Below, one piece after another: positions 1-8,217 of a stretch of DNA of 64,000 nucleotides (the stretch's first letter is position 1; every line of letters begins with the position of its first letter). The notes under the pieces are model-generated. The model was given only the letters and a program-made list of their open reading frames with translations. It was not told the origin of the DNA and searched no databases. Origin of the DNA: Candidatus Latescibacterota bacterium (GTDB lineage: Bacteria > Latescibacterota > CBDEFO01); assembly GCA_965248755.1 (NCBI GenBank), contig OZ252149.1, forward strand, positions 3,552,001 through 3,616,000, in the 5' to 3' direction. The position numbers and the translations under genes were made by a program.

Positions 1-63
1 ACGCTCCAGTTGGAGATACTCGAAGAGGTAGCCCGTCTAAAAAAAACGAAGCGGTTGCCTTGA
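1..63 (+). CDS. IS3 transposase OrfA, C-terminal fragment
   Basis: Frame 1 reads TLQLEILEEVARLKKTKRLP*, typical of an OrfA tail ending over the slippery A-run. Confidence 0.75.
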   Translation, partial: TLQLEILEEVARLKKTKRLP

Positions 64-923
64 GTGGGCGGTTTTTGGGTCGAGGCTATTCCCGCAAGGT
101 GGTAGCTTTGGCTTTGGGTTTGCATCGTTCGACTCTGTATAGGTTTAGGGATAGAGGTGTCAGTTCTTCTGTTAAAGAGCCTGTGATAGATGAGGAGCTT
201 GCTTTTCGTATTCGAGGGATACTGGACCAAGAAGAGGCATTTGGTCACAGGCGGGTTTGGGCGCATCTTCGTTTCAAGGAAGGGGAATGTGTCAACGTTA
301 AGAAGGTTCATAGGATAATGAAGCTTAAGGGGTGGCAGTGTAAGCTGTGGAATCGTCCCGGGAGAAAGGGGCCACAGGTTGCCCAGAAGCGTTCTGTGGT
401 GGATAGTCCCGACAGTTTGTGGTCGAGTGACTTGACAAAGATTTACTGTGGAAAAGATGGTTGGTGTCCTCTTATTGCGGTGGTGGACAACGGAAGCCGG
501 GAGGTTCCTGGGTATCGTTTTAGTCGAAAAGGGAGGGCACTGGAGGCCACAGATGCCCTGGATCGGGCCGTGATCTCTCGATACACTTCCAAGGAGGCTG
601 TCCCCCAGGGTCTCACTTTGCGCTCTGACAATGGTTCCATCTTTTTGGCTCGGGCCTATTTGGCCAGTACCGAATATTGGGGAATTCGTCAGGAATACAT
701 ACCAAGTGGTAAACCCGATTGGAACGGTGTTGTAGAGCGTTTTTTCAGGACCCTCAAGCAAGAGTGTGTTTGGCTTCACAAGTTTGAATCCTTTGAACAG
801 GCTGAGAAGATCATATCTCAGTGGATCGATAATTACAACAAGAACAGGCTTCATTCATCCCTGGGATATAAGACCCCAAAAGAGTGGAGAAAACAATTTT
901 ATCTACTACCCCAGGTTGCTTAA
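39..923 (+). CDS. IS3 transposase OrfB (rve integrase core), probably reached by -1 frameshift
   Basis: Motifs GHRRV, WSSDLT, RSDNGS, NGVVERFFRTLKQE, YNKNRLHSSLGYKTP. Confidence 0.92.
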   Translation, partial: KKNEAVALSGRFLGRGYSRKVVALALGLHRSTLYRFRDRGVSSSVKEPVIDEELAFRIRGILDQEEAFGHRRVWAHLRFKEGECVNVKKVHRIMKLKGWQCKLWNRPGRKGPQVAQKRSVVDSPDSLWSSDLTKIYCGKDGWCPLIAVVDNGSREVPGYRFSRKGRALEATDALDRAVISRYTSKEAVPQGLTLRSDNGSIFLARAYLASTEYWGIRQEYIPSGKPDWNGVVERFFRTLKQECVWLHKFESFEQAEKIISQWIDNYNKNRLHSSLGYKTPKEWRKQFYLLPQVA

Positions 924-1126
924 TTGGTGTCGCTTTCCTGGGAAGCAGTACATCTGGATGGCAACACCTAGCGGGGCAGCTTGAGATCCCTCGCAATGAC
1001 GATTTACAGGACTTGCAAAGACGTTGCCGCGCCTTGCCATTGTGAGCGGTTCAACTCCGAAGCAATCCTTGATTGAATATATGGGGAGCCTATCTGCTTA
1101 CTACTGTCTGCTGATTTATGGGGAGG

Positions 1127-2380
1127 TCATCTCTGGAATAGTTGTAATACCGATCGTGGGATGATATTAGCTTGAGCGAGTACGGCCGTGGATGTCTGCT
1201 GTAATATCTGCAACTTGGTGGATTCCAGCTGCTCTAACGCCATGTCGGCATCCAGAATCCTGCTCTTGGCTGCTTCTGTGTTCGTCTCTGCACTTGACAA
1301 TGAGTCTTCTTTGAACATCAGTTTGTTGGTAATTGCCCCAATGAAGCTCAGTCCCTTGGAGACGTTGTCTATGGCTGTGTCAATCTTCTGGATGAATGCT
1401 GACGCTTGGGCGTTGGAGCTTACTGTGTTTCCTCTGGGAGTGTACTGGACTCCGAAGGATGTAGGGTCATCAGTGGAGTTTACATCTGAGAAGCGTAGTT
1501 TAAATCCGACACCCAGATCGATGGTGGCGCTTGCGCCCGGCTTGTTTGGTCCCGGTGGTGATGGTATTTCCTTGTCGATCACAACGGTTATAGTGGTATC
1601 TGTGTCTGAGCCTGTGCCGTCTCCATCGTTATCAATCGAGACTATATTGCCCGACGAATCTCTTATCCTGAACGTAAGATCCCCTTTCCCAGCAGAATTA
1701 ACGTCAATGTCTGTCACTTCCACTGTGTAGAATCCTGCCTTAAGTTCACTTAAGGCATCGTTCCGCGCTGTGGACGTGGCCAAAGATACATCGATTCGTC
1801 CGGGATTGTAGGTCGTTGATACAGAAGCTGTCACTGCGCCTACATCCACATCGAGCTGTGCGGATGTGTATCCTGTCGTGTATCCCACAGCAGACGATGT
1901 AAGATCGAACGTTATCGTATCGACAGTGCCTGCTCCCACCTGGAAGTTAAACGCGCTGGTCGTGGTTTTCAAAATCTCGATATTGTTGAACAGAGCCTGT
2001 TCCACCTGATCGTCAATCTCTGCGGCCAACTGCTCGATCTCGCTCTTTAGGGCCTGCCGTTCCTAAGCTCCCAGCGTGTCGTTCGCAGCCTGGTTCGCCT
2101 TGGCTTTTATCTGTCCCAGGATGTCGCTGATGGTCTGGAGGTGTCCTTCGGCGACGGCCATAAGGTTTTTGGCGTCGCCTATACTGTTGAGTGCGACACC
2201 CAGACCTTCTGATCTTACCTTCAACTTGGTAGCCAAAGATAGTCCTGCAGCGTCGTCGGCAGCGGTGTTGATCCTTTTGCCCGTGGCGAGTCTGGCCTGA
2301 TGGGTGTCCAGGCTCTTGTTGATTTTGCTAAGAGCATTTGCGGCGTCCAGAGCTTCTATGTTAGAATTTATCCGCGTCAT
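1127..2380 (-). pseudogene. fliC: Flagellin interrupted by a single in-frame TAG (2063-2065)
   Basis: N-terminal MTRINSN...RLATGKRINTAADDAAG and C-terminal SRILDADMA...QILQQ...LAQAN motifs. Both ORFs share one frame: DTLGA*ERQALKSEIEQL. Confidence 0.88.
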
Positions 2381-2494
2381 TAATGTCTCTCGCTTTAGAT
2401 ATTTCTAGCGGTTTTCATATCTTCCCTTCCGGCTTGAGGCGATTCTGGACGTAGTGTCGTCTGTTCACTCATACTATAATGTTCTCCCTTTACT

Positions 2495-2521
2495 ATATCG
2501 GCATTCTGTAGGTATTCTTTA
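2495..2521 (-). promoter_or_regulatory. Sigma28 (FliA) promoter of flagellin
   Basis: Minus strand TAAA-N15-GCCGATAT, about 115 nt upstream of the flagellin ATG. Confidence 0.85.
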
Positions 2522-2837
2522 ATGAAAAGTGGATCTTAAAGCACCGCATAATCTCGCAATTTAAGTAGATCATTGCACTCTCCTAGTACGAAGAGCACCA
2601 ATGTCTCTGTATCTTTTATCAGCATCTTGTAGGCAACCTTTTGAGAAAAGTAGACAGGGCATCTCACCCTCTTCCTTGAGATTGCTTCCCCCTGATGGAT
2701 TCAATCGGGGGCGCCCATAATGACATTGTGTGGTTTGTTGTCTTCAGTAAATGCGAGGGACACTCGTCTTGAAGCCATCTTGCTGCCAGTAGTCGGAGAG
2801 GACTGGCGATACCCCGTTGCTATATACTTTTTTGGAC

Positions 2838-2866
2838 TTGACACAAAAGATAAAAAAGCTTAGGTT
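2838..2866 (+). promoter_or_regulatory. Sigma70-type promoter
   Basis: TTGACA-N17-TAGGTT upstream of the TPR gene. Confidence 0.55.
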
Positions 2867-2929
2867 TGATTGAGGCAATTTGCAAAGTAACTGGTCATCT
2901 GATAATACCCTAAATGCAAGGACACTACT

Positions 2930-3247
2930 ATGGGACAGAAAGAAGATCTGTATATGGAGGGAGTAACCAAATACGGACAGGGAGATCTGGACGGGGCTTT
3001 GGAGGATCTCAATAAGGCATTGGAAATGGATCCCCAATTTGCGGAGGTGCTTTTGGCCTTGGGGCACGTCTATGAGAAAAAGGAGATGTACGATGAGGCT
3101 CTGGAGTACATCAAGAAAGCCGTGGAGATCACACCAGACGACCCCTTAACTCACAGTAGTCTTTCGATGATGTATCAGCGTAAGGGAATGATACCTCAAG
3201 CCGAAGAGGAAATGGCAATATCTGTTCGCCTCCAGGAAAGTAAGTAG
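2930..3247 (+). CDS. Small tetratricopeptide-repeat protein
   Basis: TPR pattern ALEDLNKALEMDPQF...LGHVY...ALEYIKKAVEITPDD. Confidence 0.85.
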   Translation: MGQKEDLYMEGVTKYGQGDLDGALEDLNKALEMDPQFAEVLLALGHVYEKKEMYDEALEYIKKAVEITPDDPLTHSSLSMMYQRKGMIPQAEEEMAISVRLQESK

Positions 3248-3250
3248 ACA

Positions 3251-3360
3251 GTAGGGAAGATATTCTTGTCTGATGAAGCAAAATGGACAGACAAAAATGT
3301 CTGTCCTACCAACCACATTATCAACACACTCTTCTGGTGGGTCAGACATTCCTGTCTGAC
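3251..3360. repeat. Cluster of three GTAG/GTGG-type REP palindromes in alternating orientation
   Basis: GTAGGGAAGATATTCTTGTCTGA; reverse complement of GGTAGGACAGACATTTTTGTCTGTCC; GGTGGGTCAGACATTCCTGTCTGAC. Confidence 0.7.
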
Positions 3361-3407
3361 GAAGCAATCTTACCTGTCTGCTATCGTTTGCGCTCGACCG
3401 TTTTCTC

Positions 3408-3436
3408 TTGACAAAACAGAGTTAACAATATAGATT
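3408..3436 (+). promoter_or_regulatory. Sigma70 promoter of the thrS operon
   Basis: TTGACA-N17-TAGATT. Confidence 0.7.
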
Positions 3437-3566
3437 TTAACAGATAGTATTCGTAATAATTGTGGGTTCGTACTTTGATCTACGCTGTAACCTTTATGGT
3501 AAGGGCTGGGTGACCTCACCCCTGCTTGATGTTGGCGCTTTGCAAAGAAGGAGATCTCAAGAAAAA

Positions 3567-5492
3567 TTGATTACAGTTACTCTCCCGGACGGCAGCAAAA
3601 AGGAGTACGAAAAGGGCGTAACTTTAGAGCATATTGCGGCGGATATAGGACCAAGGCTTTTGAAAGATGCAATTGCAGGGAAAGTGGATGGGAAGATGGT
3701 GGACTTAAATAGTAGGATCGAGTCCGACTCCGAGGTTGAGATCCTTACGTTTTCTGACGATGAGGGAAAGCAGGTCTACTGGCACAGCACCTCTCACATT
3801 ATGGCCCAGGCGGTGGTGCAACTTTTCCCCGAGGCGAAAGTTACGATAGGTCCCCCCATTGAGGACGGCTTCTACTACGATTTCGACGTGCCCGAGCCCT
3901 TTACTCCCCAGGATCTGGAGAAGATCGAAGACAGGATGGGACAGATCCTGGTGGAGGACTATCCCTTTCAAAGGCAGGTGCTGACAAGGGATGAAGCGAT
4001 AAAGACGTTCAAAGAGATGGGTGAGGCCTATAAGGTCGAGATACTTGACGGTATAGATGATGGTGAGGTTATCACGGCCTACAGGCAGGGGAGCTTCTTC
4101 GACCTCTGCAGAGGTCCTCACGTCCCGTCAACAGGCGCTGTGAAGGCTTTCAAGCTCCTGAGGAGCAGCGGGGCGTACTGGCGCGGGGACGAGAGAAATA
4201 AGATGCTCCAAAGGATATACGGCATATCTTTCCCCAAAAGGGCTGGTCTTGATGAGCACATCGAAGGGTTGGAAGAGGCAAAAAGACGCGATCACAGAGT
4301 CCTGGGCAGAGAACTTGACCTCTTTTCGATAAACCAAAGCGTAGGCCCCGGACTTATCTTGTGGCATCCAAAGGGAGGGAGAATAAGGACAGCTATTGAG
4401 GATTTCTGGCGAAAAGCTCACTACGACGGAGGATACGAGCTCGTCTATTCGCCCCATATAGGCAAAGGAGATCTCTGGGAGACCAGCGGGCATCTGGATT
4501 TCTTTAAGGAGAACATGTACTCTTCTATGGACATCGAGGGACAGGAGTATTATCTCAAGCCTATGAACTGTCCCTTTCACATTCAGATTTACAGGAGCCA
4601 TTTAAGGAGCTACAGGGATCTCCCGTTCAGATGGGCGGAGCTCGGAACGGTCTACAGATACGAAAGATCAGGCACACTTTACGGCCTTTCGAGGGTTCGG
4701 GGCTTCACACAGGACGACGCTCACATATTCTGCCGCCCAGATCAGGTCGAAGATGAGATATTAGGTGTGATCGATTTCACTCTGGACGTGCTGGGCTCAT
4801 TCGGGTTTAAGGATAAGGATATACAGATGTACCTTTCGACTAAACCAGAAAAGGCGGTAGGGAGCGACGAGGACTGGGAAAGGGCAACTGAGGCTCTAAG
4901 GAGGGCTATCGACAAAAAGGGGCTTTCTTACCAGGTGGATGAAGGAGGTGGATCCTTCTACGGGCCCAAGATAGATCTGTACATAAGGGATTCTATTGGG
5001 CACTCCTGGCAGTGTACCACTATCCAGTTCGATTTTAATATGCCCGAAAGGTTCGATATGACGTTTGTGGGCGAGGATGGGAAAGATAAAAGACCCTATA
5101 TGGTTCACAGGACACTTCTGGGGTCTATGGAGAGATTCTTCGGCGCGCTTATCGAGCACTATGCAGGCGCGTTTCCACTGTGGCTTGCTCCCGTGCAGGC
5201 GCTTGTGCTCCCGATCACTGACGACCATATGGACTACGCCCAAAGGGTGGCCGATGAACTCAAAAAAGAAGGCATAAGAGCCGAAGTGGAGAAAGAGAGC
5301 GGAAAACTCGGAAATAAGATCAGAAAAGCCGAAGTCCAAAAAATTCCATACATGGCGGTTGTCGGCGCCAAAGAGATTGAAAAGGAGACAGTTTCCCTTC
5401 GGAGTCACGGCAGAGGTGATCTCGGCGCCCTATCGCTTGAAGATCTGAAAAGAAAAATGCTCGAGGAAATAGAGGTAAAGGGACAATTCTAA
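3567..5492 (+). CDS. thrS: Threonyl-tRNA synthetase
   Basis: TGS domain, DLCRGPHV, KPMNCPFH, YRYERSG, RVRGFTQDDAH. TTG start after AGGAGA. Confidence 0.97.
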   Translation: MITVTLPDGSKKEYEKGVTLEHIAADIGPRLLKDAIAGKVDGKMVDLNSRIESDSEVEILTFSDDEGKQVYWHSTSHIMAQAVVQLFPEAKVTIGPPIEDGFYYDFDVPEPFTPQDLEKIEDRMGQILVEDYPFQRQVLTRDEAIKTFKEMGEAYKVEILDGIDDGEVITAYRQGSFFDLCRGPHVPSTGAVKAFKLLRSSGAYWRGDERNKMLQRIYGISFPKRAGLDEHIEGLEEAKRRDHRVLGRELDLFSINQSVGPGLILWHPKGGRIRTAIEDFWRKAHYDGGYELVYSPHIGKGDLWETSGHLDFFKENMYSSMDIEGQEYYLKPMNCPFHIQIYRSHLRSYRDLPFRWAELGTVYRYERSGTLYGLSRVRGFTQDDAHIFCRPDQVEDEILGVIDFTLDVLGSFGFKDKDIQMYLSTKPEKAVGSDEDWERATEALRRAIDKKGLSYQVDEGGGSFYGPKIDLYIRDSIGHSWQCTTIQFDFNMPERFDMTFVGEDGKDKRPYMVHRTLLGSMERFFGALIEHYAGAFPLWLAPVQALVLPITDDHMDYAQRVADELKKEGIRAEVEKESGKLGNKIRKAEVQKIPYMAVVGAKEIEKETVSLRSHGRGDLGALSLEDLKRKMLEEIEVKGQF

Positions 5493-5497
5493 TTCTT

Positions 5498-5556
5498 GAA
5501 GACGTGTAACGTAGAGCGCACTCTATTTTTTCGCTATGCTTTGTGTTACACGTTTT
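5498..5556 (+). promoter_or_regulatory. Long hairpin in the thrS-infC spacer (leader or terminator)
   Basis: GACGTGTAAC...GTTACACGTT stem enclosing GTAGAGCG...CGCTATGC. Confidence 0.4.
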
Positions 5557-5578
5557 GTTTATACGGAGGTGATAAAGG

Positions 5579-6100
5579 ATCAATAAAAGGATCAAGAAAG
5601 ATACAACCAGAGTCAACAATCAAATCCGCATCCCCCAGATCAGAGTTATAGATTCGGACGGGAACCAGGTAGGTGTTATGGAGACAAGGAATGCTCTCCA
5701 ACTGGCACAGGAACGGGATCTGGACCTTGTGGAGGTTTCTCCAAGCGCCAAGCCGCCGGTCTGCCGCATAATGGACTACGGCAAGTATAAATACGAGCAG
5801 AGCAAGAAGCTCAAAGACGCCAAGAAAAAGCAGCATACTGTCCAGCTCAAGGAGATGAGGTTCACTCCATCCGAGGCAACTCACGATTATGAGTTCAAAC
5901 TCCGTCATATAAGGAACTTCATCGATCAAAACAATAGAGTCAAAGTCACAGTGGTATTCAAGGGCAGGCAGAACGCATACAGGGAGTTCGGTCGCAGGCT
6001 CCTGGATAGAGTTCAGGAGGACGTAGAGGACATCGGCAAGATAGAAGCTGCCGCCAAGTCTGAAGGGAGAACGTTGTTTATGATCCTCTCCCCCAAATGA
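5579..6100 (+). CDS. infC: Translation initiation factor IF-3, non-canonical ATC start
   Basis: RVNNQIRIPQIRVID, DLVEVSP..KPPVCRIMDYGKYKYE. GGAGGTG SD followed by an in-frame ATC at 5579. Confidence 0.93.
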   Translation: MNKRIKKDTTRVNNQIRIPQIRVIDSDGNQVGVMETRNALQLAQERDLDLVEVSPSAKPPVCRIMDYGKYKYEQSKKLKDAKKKQHTVQLKEMRFTPSEATHDYEFKLRHIRNFIDQNNRVKVTVVFKGRQNAYREFGRRLLDRVQEDVEDIGKIEAAAKSEGRTLFMILSPK

Positions 6101-6213
6101 GAGTAAATAGCATAAGCAAGTGGACAGAAAACAGTAGACAGGGGGCATCTCCTCCCATCCGTGTATGCTATCTGATACTTCTACCTGCTTAATAAAAATA
6201 AAGGGAGGCTCTG

Positions 6214-6414
6214 ATGCCTAAAATTAAGACAAGAAAGAGCGCCGCCAAGAGGTTCAAAAAGACAGCGGGTAATGTGATCAAAAGGAACAAAGGATGTTCG
6301 AGTCACAAGCTGGCGAAAAAGAGCAGTAAAAGGAAAAGAAGAATAAATAGTCCGGATCAGATCAGTTCTGTGGATCTGGGCAGAGTAAAAAGAATGTTAG
6401 CTGGCAAGAAATAG
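6214..6414 (+). CDS. rpmI: 50S ribosomal protein L35
   Basis: MPKIKTRKSAAKRFKKT; synteny. Confidence 0.95.
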   Translation: MPKIKTRKSAAKRFKKTAGNVIKRNKGCSSHKLAKKSSKRKRRINSPDQISSVDLGRVKRMLAGKK

Positions 6415-6423
6415 GAGAAGAAG

Positions 6424-6783
6424 ATGCCGAGGGCCAAAAATAGCATCGCGTCTCGAAGGCGCAGAAAGAAGATCCTGAAGTTAGCAAAGGGCTACCGGGG
6501 CGCAAGGAACAGGCTCTATAAGACAGCCGTAGAGAGCGTCAACAGGGGGCTTGTTTCCGCCTACAGGGACAGAAAAAGAAAAAAGAGGGATTTCAGACGA
6601 CTCTGGATAACAAGGATCAACGCCGCTGCAAGGCTAAATGGATTATCTTACAGCCAGTTTATTACTGGTCTGAAGGCAGCAGACATAAATATAAACAGGA
6701 AGATCCTTGCAAACTTAGCTGTGTCAGATGAAAGCGCCTTTGCCGCTCTGGCCGAAAAAGCCAAGGGGGCCCTGGTAAAATAA
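6424..6783 (+). CDS. rplT: 50S ribosomal protein L20
   Basis: [29 protein letters not shown]. Confidence 0.97.
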   Translation: MPRAKNSIASRRRRKKILKLAKGYRGARNRLYKTAVESVNRGLVSAYRDRKRKKRDFRRLWITRINAAARLNGLSYSQFITGLKAADININRKILANLAVSDESAFAALAEKAKGALVK

Positions 6784-7001
6784 GCAGGGATGGGAGATAG
6801 TCTGATGGTGATTGCTTGGCAGACCCTTCGCTTCGCTCTGGGCTAAAGGCTCTAGGCTGCCCCGATGGATTCAATCGTGGGCTCGCAATGACTCTACTCT
6901 GCTTCGATCCTTAGTCAGTGCGAGGGGCAAAGCCCCGAAGCAATCTGAAGGGTGCGGAGGTGGTGCTCGGTCAACAGTCTACTATTTTGGAAGAGTTATG
7001 T

Positions 7002-8078
7002 ATGGAGGCTGAAAAGACAAAAGATAGTGTGCCGGATGGGGATGGGCTGGTAGAGGTCATAGAGAATATCAGACAGGAGGCGATCAAGGAACTTGAATCG
7101 TGCTCTGATCCAAACGAATTGGAGCAGATCAGGATCAAGTATCTGGGAAGGAAAAGCGGGCAACTAACCAGGATGTCAAGAGGAATAGGCTCACTGTCTC
7201 CCCAGCTTCGCAAAGATGTGGGCAAAGCCGCCGGACTGGCTCAAAATGAGATAACCCGCAGGATAGATGCGATAATTGCCAAGATAGAGAAGGGGGCCAA
7301 GGAATTCCAGGAGGCTGTGGATATAACCCTTCCCGGAAGAAGAAAAACGCTCGGAAAGAGGCATCCTCTGACAGTGGTCACAGACCGGATTGTTCAGATA
7401 TTTACGAGTATGGGCTTTTCGGTTGCAGATGGACCCGAGGTGGAGACCGAGTACTACAACTTCGACGCTTTGAACACACCCCCGGATCACCCCGCACGGG
7501 ATACCAGAGATACGTTCTACATCTTGTCCCCGATTGAATCTACGGGGGATCTTCTGCTTCGAACCGAGACCTCGCCGGTGCAGATACGGGTGATGGAAAA
7601 GACATCTCCCCCCGTTCGAATAATCTCCCCTGGAAGGGTCTATCGGAAGGATACGTCAGACGCCACGCACCATTTCATCTTCCATCAGGTGGAAGGTCTA
7701 TACGTGGACAACGATGTGACGTTTGGAGACCTCAAGGGCGTCATATCGGTCTTTGCAAGGAAGATACTCGGCGAAGATGTGAAGGTAAGATTCCGCCCGC
7801 ACTTCTTTCCGTTCACAGAGCCGAGCGCAGAATATGACTTTTCGTGTGTCCTATGCGATTTGAAGGGATGCAGTGTCTGCAAAGGCACCGGCTGGATTGA
7901 GATTGCAGGATGCGGGATGGTGGATCCTGAGGTGTTCAGAGCCGTAGGCTACGACCCCGAGGTATGGACGGGCTACGCATTCGGGATGGGAATCGAAAGG
8001 GTAGCTATGGTCAAGTATGGCATTGACGACATAAGACTCTTTTTGGAAAGTGACTTGCGCTTTATCTCTCAATTCTAA
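7002..8078 (+). CDS. pheS: Phenylalanyl-tRNA synthetase alpha subunit
   Basis: NFDALN..DHPARD, FHQVEG, FRPHFFPFTEPS, AFGMGIER. Start approximate. Confidence 0.96.
   Translation: MEAEKTKDSVPDGDGLVEVIENIRQEAIKELESCSDPNELEQIRIKYLGRKSGQLTRMSRGIGSLSPQLRKDVGKAAGLAQNEITRRIDAIIAKIEKGAKEFQEAVDITLPGRRKTLGKRHPLTVVTDRIVQIFTSMGFSVADGPEVETEYYNFDALNTPPDHPARDTRDTFYILSPIESTGDLLLRTETSPVQIRVMEKTSPPVRIISPGRVYRKDTSDATHHFIFHQVEGLYVDNDVTFGDLKGVISVFARKILGEDVKVRFRPHFFPFTEPSAEYDFSCVLCDLKGCSVCKGTGWIEIAGCGMVDPEVFRAVGYDPEVWTGYAFGMGIERVAMVKYGIDDIRLFLESDLRFISQF
7527..7549. repeat. Palindromic CCCCGATTGAATCTA(T)CGGGG element inserted in frame in pheS
   Basis: TCCCCGATTGAATCTACGGGGGA encodes SPIESTG; the same element recurs in many intergenic spacers. 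Confidence 0.8.
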
Positions 8079-8217
8079 GTTGCGCCTATGAGTCTGCCTA
8101 CGAGTCTGGCACCCTGTAGTCAGTCAAGGCAAAAGCAAGTAACGTCATGGCGACCTCCGATCTAATCGGGGGCAGCGAAGCAATCTCCGCTAGATTCATT
8201 CGGGGACGATTCTGTCT

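Larger units (their letters stand above)
1..952 (+). mobile_element. IS3-family insertion sequence (left part outside window)
   Basis: OrfA end (1-63) overlaps OrfB in the -1 frame across an A8 run (39-46). DDE/rve OrfB. Right end ...GGTGTCGCTTTCCTGGGAAGCAGTACA ends in CA at 952, as IS3 IRs do. Confidence 0.9.
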
